A DNA stretch of 64,000 nucleotides from Octopus sinensis. Lineage: Eukaryota. The DNA lies in assembly GCF_006345805.1 (NCBI RefSeq), contig NC_043013.1, forward strand, positions 44,640,001 through 44,704,000. The letters run 5' to 3'. Shown in pieces: positions 12,575 to 25,603 of this stretch. Position 1 is the stretch's first letter. The number at the start of each line of letters is the position of its first letter. The notes under the pieces are model-generated. The model saw only the letters and a program-made list of their open reading frames with translations, searched no databases and was not told the DNA's origin. Both the position numbers and the translations under genes were made by a program.

Positions 12575-13110
12575 TTCTTCTAGTTTTTAAGTATTATAAA
12601 TCTTCCCCTGAGGAGGGTGCCGGTTTCCAACAAAGATCCAGGCTCCATCTTTACATTTGGAACTTGAAAAAGTTTTGCATATTTTTACCGTTCCACTCAC
12701 AGATTGAACTCATAATGCACGAATTAGCCGGTCGATTTCCCTTCCTGAAAATCCCAGTCTATCCAGATTCTCCTTTAAGCATTTACTAACAAAATCCAGT
12801 GCTCCAATTATTATTGGTATGGCTATGAATTCATAGTCTGGATATAAAACCTGAAGGTTTCGAAACAGTTTTCCATAGATATCCTCTTTTTCTTTGATTT
12901 TCAAAGAGATATTTATATCTGCAGAGCAGCTGTATGTACGTATGAATGATTCTTTTTGAGTTTTATAAAGTTCTTCGTGTGAGAGTTCAAGCCACTGGCT
13001 AACAAAGCGACAATGCTTTTGAGTTAAGAGAGTTCCCGGTGTTTGTAAATATGTGGTTAAGTCAGTGTGTTGGTTGAGTTGTCGATTCATACACCCAAGT
13101 GAGTGCATCT
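12575..13110 (-). mobile_element. R4-like RLE LINE, 3' fragment ending in (CATA)n
   Basis: Peptide SCSADINISLKIKEKEDIYGKL...IPIIIGALDFV resembles the RLE C-terminus. The 3' UTR abuts the (TATG)n tract at ~12450-12570. Confidence 0.7.
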
Positions 13111-14155
13111 ATTCACATAAGATTCTGAGATGGAAAATTTCTGGAATGTTTTACAAATCTTCACTGTGCCGCTAATAGATTGGATTTGGAGAATGTATAC
13201 AAAAACAAGGACGGAAAAAACGGACAATGTCACACAAATATAAATATAATAAAATATACAATAGAAATACAATAAAATAATAACAGGACATAACAGCATA
13301 ACAACAGGTGTCTTTCGATATGGCGATATATTAAACTTACAATAATCTAAGACAGTTATAAATACCTCTTCTAAAAATTCATAAACCTCCTGGAATGCAC
13401 CCCGTAGTTGAAAGTTCATCATTGTAAGGTGCAGAAAACAACCAGTGCAGAAAACAACCAGTGAAAAAATTGATATTTCCATGGTTATCAGTAAATAGGG
13501 TTAGGGTTAGGGTTAGGCACTTGCAGGATGTATAGAAGACTGAGGTAGCTGGGGAAAGTACCGAGGATATGTCCGAGGATGACCTAAATAAGAAATAGTT
13601 TGTAAGCAACTGGCAACTGTCTCTCTTTCCATCTCTCTGTAGAACGAAGAAAGTTATCTAATGAGCCGGTAATGACAAGATGAAACAGTTTGAGTTGTTC
13701 TTCAGAATAATCTGTAATGAGAATACTGTAGTCTAATTGCAAAGTATATTTGTACGTCGAAGTGAGATATAGGCTTATTAAACGTACATATATATAAACT
13801 ATATACAATTTATTCACGCCCGCGCACATATATTTGTTCGAATATGTGTGTATACAAACTATATGTCGATGGAGTGAGAAGATCCTCGAAGGGCAAACAA
13901 AATTTGCTCAACTTTATATTAGATTTCTTTGGTCATTTAGCAGTAAAATTGTTTCTGAAGGATACAAAAGGGAAAACGGTAAATTGCCTGACCAGACATA
14001 ATTTTCTACTGAGAAATCTGGCAGTATTACACGTAATAAAATCAAAATTGGATTATACAGGATACTATAAGAGCGATCACAACAACACTGTTACCAACAG
14101 TAATAATGCTGTAACATACACATGGATGTTTTCGTGTGTATATACATATATGTAA

Positions 14156-14200
<45 letters not shown>

Positions 14201-14202
<2 letters not shown>

Positions 14203-14591
14203 TCTTTACTCTTTACTCTTTTACTTGTTTCAGTCATTTGACTGCGGCCATGCTGGAGCACCGCCTTTAATCGAGCAACTCGACCCTGGGACTTATTCTT
14301 TTTGTAAGCCCAGTACTTATTCTATCGGTCTCTTTTGCCGAACTGCTAAGAAACGGGGACATAAACACACCAGCATCGGTTGTCAAGCAATGCTAGTGGG
14401 ACAAACACAGACACACAAACACACACACGCATATATATATATATACATATATACAACAGGCTTCTTTCAGTTTCCGTCTACCAAATCCACTCACAAGGCT
14501 TTGGTCGGCCCGAGGCTATAGTAGATGACACTTGCCCAAGGTGCCACGCAGTGGGACTGAACCCCGAACCATGTGGTTGGTAAACAAGCTA
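14201..14591 (-). mobile_element. SINE family 1 (tRNA-like head, CORE-like segment), near full length
   Basis: Reverse complement of the family consensus, including ggttcagtcccactgcgtggcaccttgggcaagtg and the aaagagt tail. Confidence 0.85.
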
Positions 14592-14593
14592 TA

Positions 14594-15047
14594 TAAAGGG
14601 TGCGGTGAATAAACTGTCGTCTAAATTACGCATGAAAATAACACTGACATCTCATTTCAACAGATATATCTACCAAAATTACATAAAAGATATCTTGAAA
14701 TGCTAAAGAGTAAATTTATTCAATAAAATCGCCATAAGCTTCAACCACGACCTCCAGACGACTTCGGAATCTCCTGCAACTTTTCTGGGCGCTCTTTTTG
14801 TTGGTGAATGTTGCTATAATCCTTGCCCTCAGTTCATCCTTGGTGGTACTAGGAATTTTGTTCGTATTGAAGCTTCCGGCACGAATGCCAAGCAGTACAG
14901 CATGTCGTTTCCAAATTTCTGGCGGAGTGAATTGCGGCATGGTGCTGTTTTTCTCACAGACGGTGCCCAGCTGATCCTACTATACTTTGTAGTCAAAATC
15001 AAAACCAAAATGATTTAAAATAGCGACAATTTACTCATCGCACTCTG
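14594..15047 (-). mobile_element. Internally deleted Tc1/mariner-superfamily element
   Basis: Imperfect ~28-bp TIRs at both ends. The ORF fuses an N-terminus MPQFTPPEIWKRHAVLL to a C-terminus CRRFRSRLEVVVEAYGDFIE. Confidence 0.75.
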
Positions 15048-15057
15048 TATATATATA

Positions 15058-15104
<47 letters not shown>

Positions 15105-15270
15105 TTGTTTGGATGTAGAACTCATTTAAGAGAATGAGTTCTACATCATTATGTAATGGTGTTCGGCTCGGGGTTGGCATAGCTCCCCTTGCATAGAAGT
15201 AATCTTTTTGGTGTGCAACATAGTATTACTTTGAGATCCACAATCAGTTTAAGACTTTCTGAAGAAGATA

Positions 15271-16647
15271 CAAGGTGTGTCAGAAAATAAACAGAACCGA
15301 AGTTACAAAAGCTTTATATCAAATTCAAACTACGAACTACAGGTTTCCCCTTCGAAATAACTCCTCTCGAATCTAGTGCTCTTTCCCATCCTTCTCCGCC
15401 ACACCTCTATCCTCTTCAGGGAGGGTTCTCCTGGAATTCTCCTCGGGGTGTTATTAGCCGGTGCGTTGTAGGGAAGCAGCCACGTGTTGTCCTGTTACAA
15501 CTCTTGCTTTTTCTCGAGCACCGAACGAAGCAAAACCCGCAGGACCTCTTTGTAGTAGACATGCTGGTTGATCGTCAAGGCCCACCGCAAGAGCTCTATA
15601 TGGATGATGCTCTTGACATCGAAGAAGGCGATCAACATGAGTTTGACTTTGGAGTTCGACTGTCTTGCTTTCTTCGGCTTCGGCGACTCCGGACACTTTC
15701 ACTGAAGGCTCTGGCTCTTGGTCTCCAGATCTTTAATTCATCACCGGTAATCACTCTCCCCAGCATATCTGATTCGGTTTCAAGACGCTAGAGGATGTCA
15801 TAACACACCGGCATACACCACTCCTGGTCACCGTTCAATAACTTCGTGTAGACATTCCGCATGCCAAAATCTGTCATGGTTCTAGCCCAGCTCACTTGCG
15901 ATCAGTCGAACAGTCATCCGACGATCGCCAAGCTCCACTTGCCTCACGCGCTCTCAACGTAGGCCTCAGTCGTGCTCGTTGAAAGCCTTCCGCTCCTGGG
16001 GCGGGGGTGGGTGGGTCATCTTCCACATTCTCTTTAAAATTCTTGTGCTACTCGAAAACCTGTGAGAACGACATCGTCTCATCCCCGTACACTTGCTGCT
16101 GCAGTTTGAATGCTTCTGACGAGTTTACCTTTGTTGAACCAGAAAATTCAGGCTGGTACATTGCCTTGTGCCCTTCTGTTGACGGCCTAAAATTGAGGAG
16201 CTGTTAACAAAAACACGTGAAAAGACGTACATTGGCTGCAGAGAGCTGAAATCGCACTTATATACTCCCCGGATATTATGTCACACGGTGACGCAACTGC
16301 GCTTTTATAAAAGGTTTCGGTTTCTGCCTCCATGTTTCCACTTTGTGATATGTAAGATAGCAGGTCTTCATATTTTCTTCCTTCTAGCATTAAATTAAAA
16401 GTGGGCGCAATTCGTTGTTGCGTATTTTGTTGGTATTGTTTTTGTTGAGGTTGTTGGGTTTGTGTGTTTTTCTACTGGTTATTCTCTTCGTTTGTGATTC
16501 TTCTTTATATTGCAGTTAATGGAGGTGATGATACCGATTGTGTACGTTTTCATAACTTAGTGGTTCGGCAAAAAGAGACCGATAGAATTAAGTACACTCA
16601 TAGTTCACACAGCACACTAAGTCCTGTTACTATTCTGACATACTTCG
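15271..16647 (-). mobile_element. Degenerate mariner transposon with an insertion near its right end
   Basis: TA-flanked TIRs caaggtgtgtcagaaaata and tattctgacatacttcg. Frameshifted remnants include RVITGDE, KKARQSNSKVKLMLIAFFDVK and QHVYYKEVLR. Confidence 0.85.
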
Positions 16648-17734
16648 TAGTTGTGAGCGATGATCGAGACAACTGAAGAAACAGGATGAGTAGGGTTTCT
16701 CATTTTCTCATTCTAAAGGATTTCAGATTCTATCTTTCCCGGCATCTCCGCATTGTTTGTCAATTTAGTAATATATGCATGGTATGATGCATAATTACAC
16801 ATTTTAATCAGCAGATTTATCCCTAGGTTTTGTATTTCGTTGGATTTTCGTAGAATTGTTATAAATTGGCTCGGCTTTCAGATACCGAGGATTTGACAAG
16901 ATCTGTAAGAGAAGTTGTGGATGTTTGCGAATGCAGTGATTCTTTCAGACCGTAGGTGTTTTAGGTGTGTGTCTGAATGTTGTCTGGCTTCAAAGACTTT
17001 AGACAGTTTAAGATTCTTTATTCCATTTTGTTTTGGTGTGTGAAATCTAATGGAAAGAAGAGGTCAAAATCACATTCCTAGTGAAAGTAATTGATTTTGG
17101 AGAAACGCCGAGTAAGAGAATCCGCTTGATATTGCAGCTCAAGTATATTATGCTGTGTTGTTATTGTGATATGAAGTGTGATGTGACTGTTGTTGTTGTT
17201 TTTCTTGTTCTTGATCCTAATAACTAAATAAGTAGCGTTTTACTTATTTTGTGCTTATGTTAGATGGAAATGTTTCCAATTTTTCTGCTGTTGTATGGAT
17301 TCTTTTGTTTTGATTATTTCCATATTGAGCTGCGAATGTTGCTTATTATTTATTTGTGCGTGAGCACGTAAAACACGGTGTCACCCACCCCCGCTACACT
17401 TACTACAGTCAGCTGCAGTTCGTTATTTATGAGGCAAACAAACGAATAAACAAATATGGCAAAAAAAAAGAAAGATAACGAATCGTTTTACCTTACTTCC
17501 TTGTGTGAATTTTACTTATCTTGTTCCAACTTAAGATGTTGAGATTATTTCTTTCGCCATTAAATTTGAGTTGACTGAAAAAAAAAAAAAAAAGAAATCT
17601 TCTGCTTTACGCGGAGACTAGAATTTATGGCGTGATAACTGGAAAATATCATTCAACATATATTGTGCGTTAGTGTGTTACACTGTATATAGCTATAATC
17701 TTCTGATTAAACCCGAAGTATTTGAATGCATTGT

Positions 17735-18020
17735 GGAGGCACATGGCCTAGTGGTTAGAGCAGCGGACTCGCGGTCGAGGGATCGCAGGTTCGAATCTCA
17801 GACCGGGCGATGTGTGTGTGTGTTAATGAGCGAAACACCTAAGCTCCACGCGGCTCCGGCAGAAGGTAATGGCGAAACTTCTGCTGACTCTTTCGCCACA
17901 ACTTTCTCTCACTCTTTCCTTCTGTATCTTGCAGCTCACCTGCGACGGACCGTGCGTCCCGTCCAGAAACCGGGAAACCGGCCCTTATGGGCCAGGCATG
18001 GCTCGAAAAGGAACAAAAAT
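17735..18020 (+). mobile_element. SINE family 3 (tRNA-Arg-like head)
   Basis: A box tggcctagtgg, B box ggttcgaatc, anticodon-arm-like gcggactcgcggtcg. A second copy starts at 38348. Confidence 0.75.
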
Positions 18021-18065
18021 TTGAATGTATTGGATGAATTCTATCTATCTATTTATCTATCTATC

Positions 18066-18535
18066 TAGAGGAAAGTGAAAGTAGAGAGGCAAGTTTTGTC
18101 TAGTGAATGTTTTAAAAAAAGGTGGGTGAAGGTAGCAAGGATGGCACGTATGAATGACGAAGCCACCTTGACTATGATCCTATGAACCGTAAAAATTAAT
18201 ACAGAGAGTTGCTTATTTGTAAAAAAAAATAACATGTGACTTCATTGACCGAGGTTACCGTGGTCTTTTCCGTAGGCTTTTCTTTCCACGGGTAAACCTC
18301 ACCTGTCCTCCCTTTTACACTTTATATTGACATTTCTGTGATAACGATCCCTATTGATCGATTTTTTTCTTTTTCCTTTTATTTTTATCCCCCCCTTTTT
18401 TTGCTTTCCTCTTTCTTTCCTTTTACGATCCCTTTTGATCGAAAACCAACCCCCTTTTTTATCCCCAAAAAGAAAAGCTCTACCTTGTAATTTGTCCCGT
18501 CTGTGTGCAGCCCTGTGTGGCTAATAAAAAAAACA

Positions 18536-18537
<2 letters not shown>
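18066..18537 (+). mobile_element. LINE 3' end (possibly Tx1/L1-like)
   Basis: Open frame RKVKVERQVLSSECFKKRWVKVARMARMNDEATLTMIL-stop, then a pyrimidine-rich UTR. The terminal ~110 bp recur at 31545-31657. Clade is inferred. Confidence 0.55.
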
Positions 18538-18595
<58 letters not shown>

Positions 18596-18600
18596 GATAT

Positions 18601-18756
18601 CAGGCGTGGTTGTGTGGTAAAAAGTTTGCTTCCCGACCACATGGTTCCGGGTTCAGTCCCACTGAGTGGCACCTTGGTCAAATGTCTTCTATTATAGACT
18701 CGAGCCGACCAAAGGATTGTGACTGGGTTTGTTAGACAGACTGAAAGAAGCCCATC

Positions 18757-18765
<9 letters not shown>
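18601..18765 (+). mobile_element. SINE family 1, 5' half
   Basis: Head with ggttccgggttcagtcccactg, ending at a (TA)n tract. Confidence 0.8.
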
Positions 18766-18793
<28 letters not shown>

Positions 18794-18853
18794 GATTTGA
18801 CGTCTATATCTAGCATGTTGACTGTCCACTTTTCGTGTGCAGTCCTTAATTGG

Positions 18854-18889
<36 letters not shown>

Positions 18890-19429
18890 ATTCGAGCAAA
18901 ACGCCCCACATCCAATGAATGGTGCTGAGTTGTCAAACATTTAAACCAATTTTTCTCAAAACAACTTGTCCGACTGTCCCATAGGCCTCCCCTTTGAGAA
19001 ACACTGATTTAAGACACCAGCAATTTGAGACACCAGTAAAAGAAGAAATAACGATAGGCTTTTTTCTTATTCCAAAGAAAAACGATTATATTCACACAAA
19101 TATGCAACTGAAGGGTTTAAAGTACCAGTAATGATAAGGCTGTTGACTGGGAGAACACAAACATGGTTTAAACAGTAAGCTTGGCAGGAAAGAAAATGGA
19201 AGGTGCGGTTATGTATAGGTTGACGGAAGAAAAGCAGGACAAAAACGGCTTTATCGATCGCATTCTCACCTGGAATCGATTTTTGTAATCTTTTCAAGAC
19301 TTATACATGCCCTGGTACCGTCGGTATCTACATATCAAATTTGAGCGCAATCGGATGGAGGATACCCGAGATCCTAGAAGACACACACACACACACACAC
19401 AGACAAAACGGATTTTATATAATATATAT

Positions 19430-19647
19430 GTGTGTGTGTGTTTGTCCCCCACCCCGCTTGACAACCGCTCTTGGTGTGTTTACGTTTTCATAACTTAGTG
19501 GTTCGGCAAAAGAGACCGATAGAATTAAGTACTAGGCTTAAAAACAATAAGGCCTGGGGGTCAATTTGTTCGACTAAAGGCGGTGCTCCAGCATGGCCGC
19601 AGCCAAATGACTGAAACAGGTAAAAAAAATTAAAAGAATAAAAGAAT
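19430..19647 (+). mobile_element. SINE family 1, 3' half
   Basis: cttgacaaccg...ggttcggcaaaagagaccgatag...gcggtgctccagcatggccgc...gactgaaac. Confidence 0.8.
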
Positions 19648-20057
19648 CAGCAGCTTTACCAATTCCAGGCTCCCCGGGAGTTTCACTGCGCTTTTATTAA
19701 AGGTTTCGGTTTCTGCCTCCATGTTTCCACTTTGTGATATGTAAGATAGCAGGTCTTCATATTTTCTTCCTACTAACATGAAATTAAAAGTGGGCGCAAT
19801 TCGTTGTTACGTATTTTGTTGGTATTGTTTTTGTTGAGGTTTGTGTGTTTTTCTACAGGGTTTTTTTCTCTTCGTTTGTGATTTTTCTTTTTATTGCAGT
19901 TAATGGAGGTGATGATAGTGATTGTGTACTTATGGATTTCACGTTGTTTCGTGTTAATGTGGAGTTTATTATTTTTTTTTGTTTTCAGTCATTGGTTTTC
20001 ACCACCTCAGTTGCTGGAAAATTTGGTGTTGGTGTTGTTGGTGTTACTACTGTTACT

Positions 20058-20475
20058 GTTTACTCTTTTACTCTTTTATTTGTTTCAGTGATTTGACTGC
20101 GGCCATGCTGGAGTACCGCCTTTAGTCGAGGAAATCGACCCCAGGTCTTATTCTTCGTAAGCCTATTACTTATTCTATCGGTCTCTTTTGCCGAACCGCT
20201 AAGTTACGAACACGTAAACACACCAGCATCGGTTGTCAAGCGATGTTGGCGGGGGGGGGTGGTACAGACACACAAATACACACACACACACATACATAGA
20301 TATATACATATATACAACGGGCTTCTTTCAGTTTCCGTCTACCAAATCCACTCACAAGGCTTTGGTCGGCCCGAGGCCATAGTAGAAGACACTTGCCCAA
20401 GGAGCCACGCAGTGGAACTGAACTCGGAACCATGTGGTTCGTAAGCAAGCAACTTACCATCCAGCCACTCCTGCT
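20058..20475 (-). mobile_element. SINE family 1, full length
   Basis: Both the head (gcaggagtggc) and the aaaagagt tail are present on the minus strand. Confidence 0.85.
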
Positions 20476-21164
20476 GTGTTTGTAGGTGTTGTTGTGGTTA
20501 CTATTGTTGATATTGGTCTAGATACTGTTTTTGTAACCCTTTTTCTTGACTGCTATTGTTATTGTACATTGTTGCTGCTGAACACTGTTGTTGCTGCAGT
20601 GATAGTGTCAGAAGCAGTGGGGGGCCTTCTATTTCCTTTTCCTATTTTGGCTGAATGAGCAGACGACCAATCAGTCTGATTGGGCAGACGGCAGGTAACC
20701 TAGATGCCATAGATTGACATCTAGGTTATCTGTCCTCCTCAGCCCAAATCGACAGGGTGATGAAATCTGGAATCCTTTCCAGATGCTCTGGCTTCACAAA
20801 GAGAAAGAACTCTAGTGTGATCCGAACTGATTTATCTCATCTCGTTCATATTTGTTTATAAACACAATCACACGCAACCTGACATGCCGTTTGATGATGA
20901 CGTGGCTATCTCCTCAAACCCCGCAGGCATCTTATAAAACCTTACCGACAAAAACTTAGGGAGTTTAATTCCTATTTGTTTTCGCAACCAGTTTCCAGAG
21001 GACCCAAGTAATGGAAGAAAGAGCCCCAGCCTCTCCGCACTAAGCTCAGCGGTATAGAACTAGGCATGATATATGAGTTTCAATGTTTTTGCTCCACTGT
21101 TAATCAACTTCGTCCAAGATTCAAACTTAAGGAGCCCATTAGCAAGTAGCTACTACATTCTTAA

Positions 21165-21320
21165 GATTGTGAAAGATGTGGAAGAATAAGCTGCTCTTAG
21201 AATAAATACCTATCGAGGTGTACAAGGCTTGTGTTCTCACCACACTTCTTGCATGATAGTGAGTCGGGGGCACCATACTCTTCAGAAGAACACATACTTA
21301 GTGTTTAATATGAAATGTCA
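21165..21320 (+). pseudogene. RTE-clade LINE RT fragment
   Basis: Peptide IEVYKACVLTTLLHDSES resembles the RTE motif KIxVYKAxVLxTLLYGSESW. Confidence 0.55.
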
Positions 21321-23099
21321 TGCTGAGGAATTTCAACCGTGTTTCGTGGTCTGCTACCACAGCAGCTCCTTTATAGGATCCAGTTAGCTCAAGACATCAT
21401 CAGGAGGAACCATGTCCAGTTTCGGCCCCTACTCCTCTACCGTTTTGACGTGCCCCCCCTTTCGGAGGTGTCTTCAGCTCTGGTGTTGGGTGCATGTCTT
21501 CTTTCTTCTTCTTTCTTCTGTTCCCTGGCCTCTTCGATGTAGCGTCAACGAGTGTCAGCGGGCGACTGACTGTCTTGTCAAATTTCCCTTTAAATACCTG
21601 CTGCTAGGCTCCAGCAGGCAGCCCCAGCAAGTTGTCACGTGACACTATCTCAACTTTAACTGACCAATGAAGGCGCGTAGTCTTAGCCCACGCATTCTCT
21701 AAACGAGACCCTCACCTGTCAATCAGCGAAGCTAATTCACTGTCAGCTTGTCTCACCTAGTGATGTTATTTTCCTGCCGGCATGTTATGACTTTCAAGCC
21801 ATTTTTGGTCTTCCCAAGTCTTCCCAATACTTGGAATCAAAAGGCAGGACAGCATCTATAATACCTACTTAACAGAACATGTAACGCTTCCATATTCCCT
21901 TTCCTCTACAATTATCAACTTTGATAGCTTGGACATATCCACACATGAATGATGGCTGTATTGTAAAAGACCTGCTATACGGGTTGGGTGAGAGACTGGT
22001 ATTTGGATTTGTGGGGCAAGGGTTTCTGCACCTATGATACGAAGATGCTTGAGAGCGCGTCTTGAAAACGATCAACTCCTTGTTACCTAGGAAACATTTG
22101 CAGAACTCTATGGAAACAGTAAATATAATAGGAGATAAGAAACTGAAAACTTTAATGAGACTTGGGTGAACAAAGCTAGCAAAAGGAATTTGTGTGTGCT
22201 TGGTAGATTCATAACGAGTAATTACATAACGGTGAATGACATTGCCTGATAATTTCGTCTGAATGTAATTATATCTTTAGCCAATTACATTGCAAACCAA
22301 TACATTGGTAAATTCATACTCATACTTTTTAGCTACAGAGTAAACCCATCGCTAAGCATTATTTAAAGTTTTTTATTCACAGAGGTAATGATACGTCACC
22401 TTTCATTAACAATGAAAAAGAAAAATTTTTTTCTCCTAGTTTGTTCACTTATAACATAATGGAGAGCTATTTGTATTTGATTTTTCTATTGAAACACCAG
22501 GGAAAAAAACATGTACGTGAGTATTCAACACCGAAAGCTTTGAATAATGATATATTATATCCCTTTCTTCATTTCAAATAATCGTAAAAAAAATCTTTCA
22601 TTTTCTCTACGGATAACGATAATGTAAATAAATTACATTGTTAACAGCAAAATACAAACCAAAAGTCAACACACATATACAGCAAGCGTGAAATAAAATA
22701 TGAAAGAAGTAATCAGGCGTTAGTCGTTAAAGGCAATTTCAAATCGACGTTGATTTTTATCAGTGCCAACATTGTTCTCATTATTCCATGTTATCTACTG
22801 CGAAACGTACCAAGAACATGCCTTTGCAATCGTTTCATTCAGAAATGAAGCCGGGATGGTCTCGAAATGTGAATGGATTGAAAAATATGATTGGTCCAAA
22901 CATAAAAGTCAAATAAGACGAACAGGAAAAATATTTAATAAAAGATCAAGCTTGAACACTGTCTTGTTTATAGACGTGGACATCCTGTATACATACATAC
23001 ATACATACATACATACATACATACATACATACTACATACATACATACATACAAACATTTATTATATAATGTATTTATATAATAAAGACATTATTATAAT

Positions 23100-23710
23100 A
23101 TGTCTTTATTATGTACTAATAAAGACATGCCAACATTCTTTAGAATTGGTGATAAGATATATATAAGATGGTACAAAAATGGCAAGCAATACTGGGAAGA
23201 AGGAGAATTTGTAACATACATAGGAAGAATGATGTATGGTGTAAGAAGCAGAAATGGAATGGAAAGGAGACATAGAAATCAGTTTAAAGAAAGAGTCATA
23301 GAAAAGGAACCAACAAGAGTAGAAATACTGATGGATTGGCTATAGGACATTTTTTGGGTTCCAACACTGTTACAAGAAGTCGAAACCACATGTACAAGGA
23401 AAAGGAAGAACACTGGATTCCTAAAAGTAGACCCTAAGAAGAAAAGATATTGAGTATATAAAAAAGAAAATGGAGGTAGGGTGAATAAAAGAAATTGATT
23501 GTTAAATAAAATAATTAAAATGGGAGATGTTATATAGTTAAACTGTATATCCCTCCCGGTAGTCGTCAAGAGAGGGTCGAAAGTCGAAGAGTTGAGAGTC
23601 GGCAGTCGTAGTCGTTGTCTTGTGCAGCTATCAGCTGTACGAAGTGGTACAACGGTATCCAATGACTAGTAACTATTGTGGCTACTAGCGTAAAACAGCA
23701 ACTACAATAC
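23100..23710 (+). mobile_element. Gypsy-type pol C-terminus with probable PPT/LTR remnant
   Basis: FRIGDKIYIRWYKNGKQYWEEG...RRHRNQFKERV...KVDPKKKRY-stop resembles a Gypsy integrase tail. Purine tract aaaatgggaga followed by TG at ~23528. Confidence 0.6.
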
Positions 23711-24028
23711 AACGGCAGTCACACATCACATCCGTGGGAGGAACCCACTTTAGAACAGAAACCCAAGAGGTACGTCCTCTTTGTCCATCGAAATCATAAT
23801 TATTCTAGCTGGTGTAGAATGATTCAACGGGGAGGAGGTCAAGATCTGCGAGACAGCTCCTCAATCAGGAGAGGGTTGTATCTTCCAGTCCAAGAAGAGA
23901 AATTTGTCAATGTGTTTGCATTTTTATAAGTTTGGGATCTGAACTTAAGTAGTGTGGTGGAATTCTTGGATCTAAAAAGAATTTTTTTACTACGCATAAC
24001 TTATATCTCTTTGATAAATTTACACATG

Positions 24029-24064
<36 letters not shown>

Positions 24065-24129
24065 TGCACAGTTGTGGCCGTGCGGTAGGACGTTTGCTTT
24101 CCAACCACATAGTTCTGGTTTCAGTTTAC

Positions 24130-24965
24130 GCTAGTGGACTGTCGGGGATGTATTTTTGATTGGCAGTGTTGTTCGTAAGTGGTCTTTTTAAAGACTTAAG
24201 TTGTCATACTTTTAATTAGTTTGTGTGTTTTGAGTGCCTTTTCCATCCGTAGTCTTTCATCAAAGAAGTCTATCTTGATTGATGATGTTGTATGCTTTCA
24301 TGTTTTCTGGATTGTGTTAATATATACGACATAGAACTGAGAGTATCAGTGGTTTTCTTGCTTTTTGTAATTCTTGGATGTCTATCGCTTTTGCACGTTC
24401 TGTTCCGTAGTTCATTTAAAGTGACGGGGTATATTTCGAGTAATATATCAAAAAGTACTTGCAGTCGTTTCCCATGGGTTTCGGAATTGGATGCCATTGT
24501 TAGATTCTTGTTGCCAGACTTTGGATGGCAGGAAGAAAATAGCAGTGACTGTTATGGGACTCTTGACTTGAAGGAGAAATCAGTTTCAATATTCGAATTT
24601 CTTTTTATGATTAAGATATCCTAAAAGGAGAATTGTTTTTTTACCATATTACACTGTGAATTGCATATTATGGTAAAAACAATTGGTTTATGTTATCAAT
24701 TAAATTTTTAAACTCAAAGAGTTGATCCAGAATGTGTAACCAAAAGGCGAAGCAATCGTCCAGATAGCGTTTACGGTTGGTGAGTAGGTTTCTATGGAAG
24801 TTATCACTGAATTTCAGTGTAGCGTATTCATATATTTGGCCGTCTAAATATGCCATAACAAGATTAGGAAATGGTGGGGTGGGGGCTACTTTTGTGACTG
24901 TTGCAACCCCAGGTATATTTCTGTAGGTGTTGTCGTGAAACTAAACAGGTTAGTTTCTGGGATGA
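24130..24965 (-). pseudogene. Degenerate PLE reverse transcriptase
   Basis: NLVMAYLD...KRYLDDCFAFW...DILIIKRNSNIETD...FSSCHPK on the minus strand. Confidence 0.8.
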
Positions 24966-25020
24966 ATTTTAACCTTCTATGATAAATATTTGCTCATTTT
25001 GTTCATTTTGCATACATACA

Positions 25021-25052
<32 letters not shown>

Positions 25053-25271
25053 CGTATGTACCTCTCTCTCCCTCTCTCTACACACACATACACACTCCCA
25101 AATATATATATATGTATATATATATATGTATATATATGTATATGTATGTATATGTATATATTTATATATATACATATATACATATACATATACATACATG
25201 CCATGATAGATCGTTAGCTCCTACACGCATATTTTTCTCTCCTTGTTTCTCTCCTTGTTTTTTTCTGTGTA

Positions 25272-25309
25272 TCTTTCTGTCGAAGAGCGTAGGCTCGAAA
25301 CGTAAAAGA
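25272..25309 (+). ncRNA. Minimal type I hammerhead-like motif D (A6 to U)
   Basis: TCTTT-CTGTCGA-A-GAGC-GTAG-GCTC-GAAA-CG-TA-AAAGA. Confidence 0.55.
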
Positions 25310-25404
25310 CTTTTTCTATTCCTGAGCGCTATACTAATACATTTGTTTGTTTGTACTCCACCTGCCTTCGTCTTTTGTTTATTTTCGTAAACTTTCCCTC
25401 TCTC

Positions 25405-25603
<199 letters not shown>

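Noticed and set aside
12600-12650. CTGAGGA next to CCGGTTTC
   Set aside because: The two motifs are on opposite strands; this is the LINE 3' UTR.
13497-13518. (TTAGGG)n runs here and at ~58392-58424
   Set aside because: Only 3-5 units inside dispersed repeats; not a telomere or fusion site.
17735-17815. tRNA-like sequences here and at 38348 and 47843
   Set aside because: No complete cloverleaf or acceptor stem, and each continues into a SINE body.
21326-21485. Minus-strand CTGATGA...GAAA and CTGAAGA plus hairpin
   Set aside because: Stem I is only 2 bp in the first, and GAAA/stem I are missing in the second. Possibly decayed but unsupported.
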